A stretch of 64,000 bases of DNA from Ancylonema sp. Taxonomy: Eukaryota. A program made the position numbers and the translations under genes. The DNA lies in the NCBI GenBank assembly GCA_050230475.1, contig JBFLGF010000153.1, positions 1 through 64,000 of the forward strand. The letters are read 5' to 3'. The notes beneath the pieces are model-generated. The model had not been told where the DNA came from. It saw only the letters and a program-made list of their open reading frames with translations, and did not search any database. Shown one piece after another: positions 62,027 through 64,000 of this stretch. Each line of letters begins with the position of its first letter. Positions within the stretch are counted from its first letter, which is position 1.

Positions 62027-64000
62027 ATGTCCAGCATCATCAGTGTACCAAGGACGATGAACAGTGTACCTCAGTTGGGAGCTCAGGCAGGTCGCACCGC
62101 CTTGACAAATGGGTCAAACACCTTGAACAGGACAAGCACGAGTTCCTTCTTTGGGAATGCAGGTGAGCTGAAGCACAGCGTGCGAGTCCCAGCTGTACAC
62201 AGGACGGATCAGCTCAAAGCCTAGATCTGCTGCAATCCTACTTCAGCCGAGAGCAACATTTTGCGGAAGCTGCATTTCTGCCGTCTCCCCGACACTATGG
62301 CTGCTTTTGAAGTTGTCAACGATGTCCAATTGGTCAGTCATAGAATCGTATCATGGAGACAAGAAGCTACTAACGAACGGAGCTCATGAGATCCAAATAC
62401 CAGCCACAGCTGACACTGATTTACCCTCGTCTTTATTCGTGTAGCATTATTCAGTCCAAGAGGTCCTGTGGAGCAACTGCATTGTCGAAGAGATTCGAGC
62501 CGCTTGGTGACGGAAGCCAAGATAAGAGAAATCTTCATGCCAGCACTGAGCTCGACCATGACAGAGGGCAAGATTGTCTCTTGGTCGAAGAGGTAAGAAG
62601 CTCCACAGAGTGTCCAGAGTGCACCGACCTCACTGGATCGTTCAGGGCTGGAAAAGGGAGGGAAAAGCCCGTTTCATTGTGGGCATTCCACTGAGTCGAT
62701 TGACCTGTCTGTTGAATGCAGCGAGGGAGATCAGCTCACAAAGGGGGAGAGCGTGGTGGTGGTCGAATCTGACAAAGCCGACATGGACGTCGAGACTTTT
62801 TATGATGGCATCTTAGTCGCCATTATGGTCGGCGAGGGTGAGGTGAGACAGAATAATGACAGGAATGTGTGATCACTCAAATACCTCTCCCTTGTCAAAA
62901 TGATGGAGAGGGGATGCCTCGATAAGAGGCAGGTGCACTACACTCGGCTTTCCGGCTTTACGCATGGGACTTGTGGAAATATGTCGAGGTGCCGCTTTTC
63001 ATACTCTGTGGCGCAACAGGAATCTCCATTCGCTGTGAAAGCCAATACAGTGTCGGTATATCTTGCACGGATATTCTGATAGACGTGTACTATCCTCTTG
63101 TCTGAAATATTCAGAGGCGGATGTAAATGCAGTCGAGTTTCTGCCGTGGAAACTGAAAGGGGCGGGCTCCTGTATGACTGCATCCTGCAGCTGGAGCTGC
63201 TGTGTGTGCAGCTCTAGTGCGAATCTCTGTAAAATAGCCACCGTGGTTGGGAGGGCTTGAAGTGAACTGAGGCTGCTCTGATGGCTTTGATGGGCAATGT
63301 GCAAATGGCAGGTGGCTGCAGTTGGAGCAGCCATCGCAATTCTGGCTGAGACTGCCGAGGAGGTGGATGAGGCGAAGGCAAGAGCAGCGAGTTCCAATGG
63401 GGGTGCGGCCTCATCTGCTCCGCCCGCTGGCCCCGCCCCCGTTGCCGAGGCTCCACCTCCACCTCCTCCAGCTGCTGCAGCCCCCTCTCCTCCCCCTCCC
63501 GCTCAGTTGAGTGCTGCCCCAGTCGTTTCCTCTCACCCAGCTGCGGAGGGAGGAAGGATTGTGGCCACACCATACGCAAAGAAGCTCGCAAAACAGTTCA
63601 AGGTACGCATCCTCCATACAGATCCTCAGGTCTACATGCACACATGCACACATGCACACATGCACACATGCACACATGCACACATGCACACATGCACACA
63701 TGCACACATGCACACATGCACACACCACCCTGACATGCCAGCTGTGTTGCGTGTTGGCCAGGTGGACTTGGCCACGGTAGCTGGATCTGGACCTGCAGGT
63801 CGACTTGTGGCGTCTGATGTGGAAGCAGCCGCTGGCAAGGCCCCTGCACCGCCCGCTGCAGTGGCTGCAACGCCCCTGGCCGCCCCAGCCCCCGCTGCTG
63901 CCAAGGCAGCTTTAGCGGGGCCAGGCATTGTGCCGTTCACGGGCATGCAGACAGCCGTGACAAAGAACATGGAGGCCAGTCTTGCTGTGCCTGTCTTCCA
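62027..64000 (+). CDS. LTA2: Plastid pyruvate dehydrogenase E2, copy 2, complete 5' end, runs off the window
   Basis: Exons 62027-62162, 62445-62592, 62722-62842, 63312-... give the S/T-rich transit peptide MSSIISVPRTMNSV...SSFFGNAALFSPRGPVEQLHCRRDSSRLVTEA, then KIREIFMPALSSTMTEGKIVSWSKSEGD...ESDKADMDVE. Confidence 0.92.
63635..63724. repeat. Intronic 8-bp tandem repeat (CATGCACA)x~11
   Basis: Tandem array inside the E2 copy 2 intron. The homologous intron of copy 1 (~34085-34110) has no such array. Confidence 0.93.

Overview
Eukaryotic nuclear DNA with GT-AG spliced genes, from a green-plant lineage. A GCT-box GLK, plastid ClpP4 and plastid PDH E2 point to a streptophyte; the short GC-rich introns suggest an alga, which is inference. 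Gene order: CipC/DUF3759-like gene (+), POP1 3' pseudogene fragment (-), POP1 (+), second CipC-like gene (-), GCN1/ILITYHIA (-) plus a duplicated GCN1 5' end, an unidentified ORF cluster, a 5'-truncated plastid PDH E2 (-), an RNase H2 subunit B fragment (+), GLK (-), CLPP4 (-), a rearranged 44-59 kb block of duplications, and a second plastid PDH E2 (+) running off the window. The first four genes form a ~2.5-kb-arm inverted duplication. Most striking: CLPP4 is an in-frame chimera whose 5' region, transit-peptide exons and next intron start derive from the PDH E2 gene. This targeting module occurs four times in the window and one copy is a conversion mosaic. Exon boundaries and identities were read by eye and no database search was run. 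Some duplications and GCN1 lesions may be assembly artefacts.
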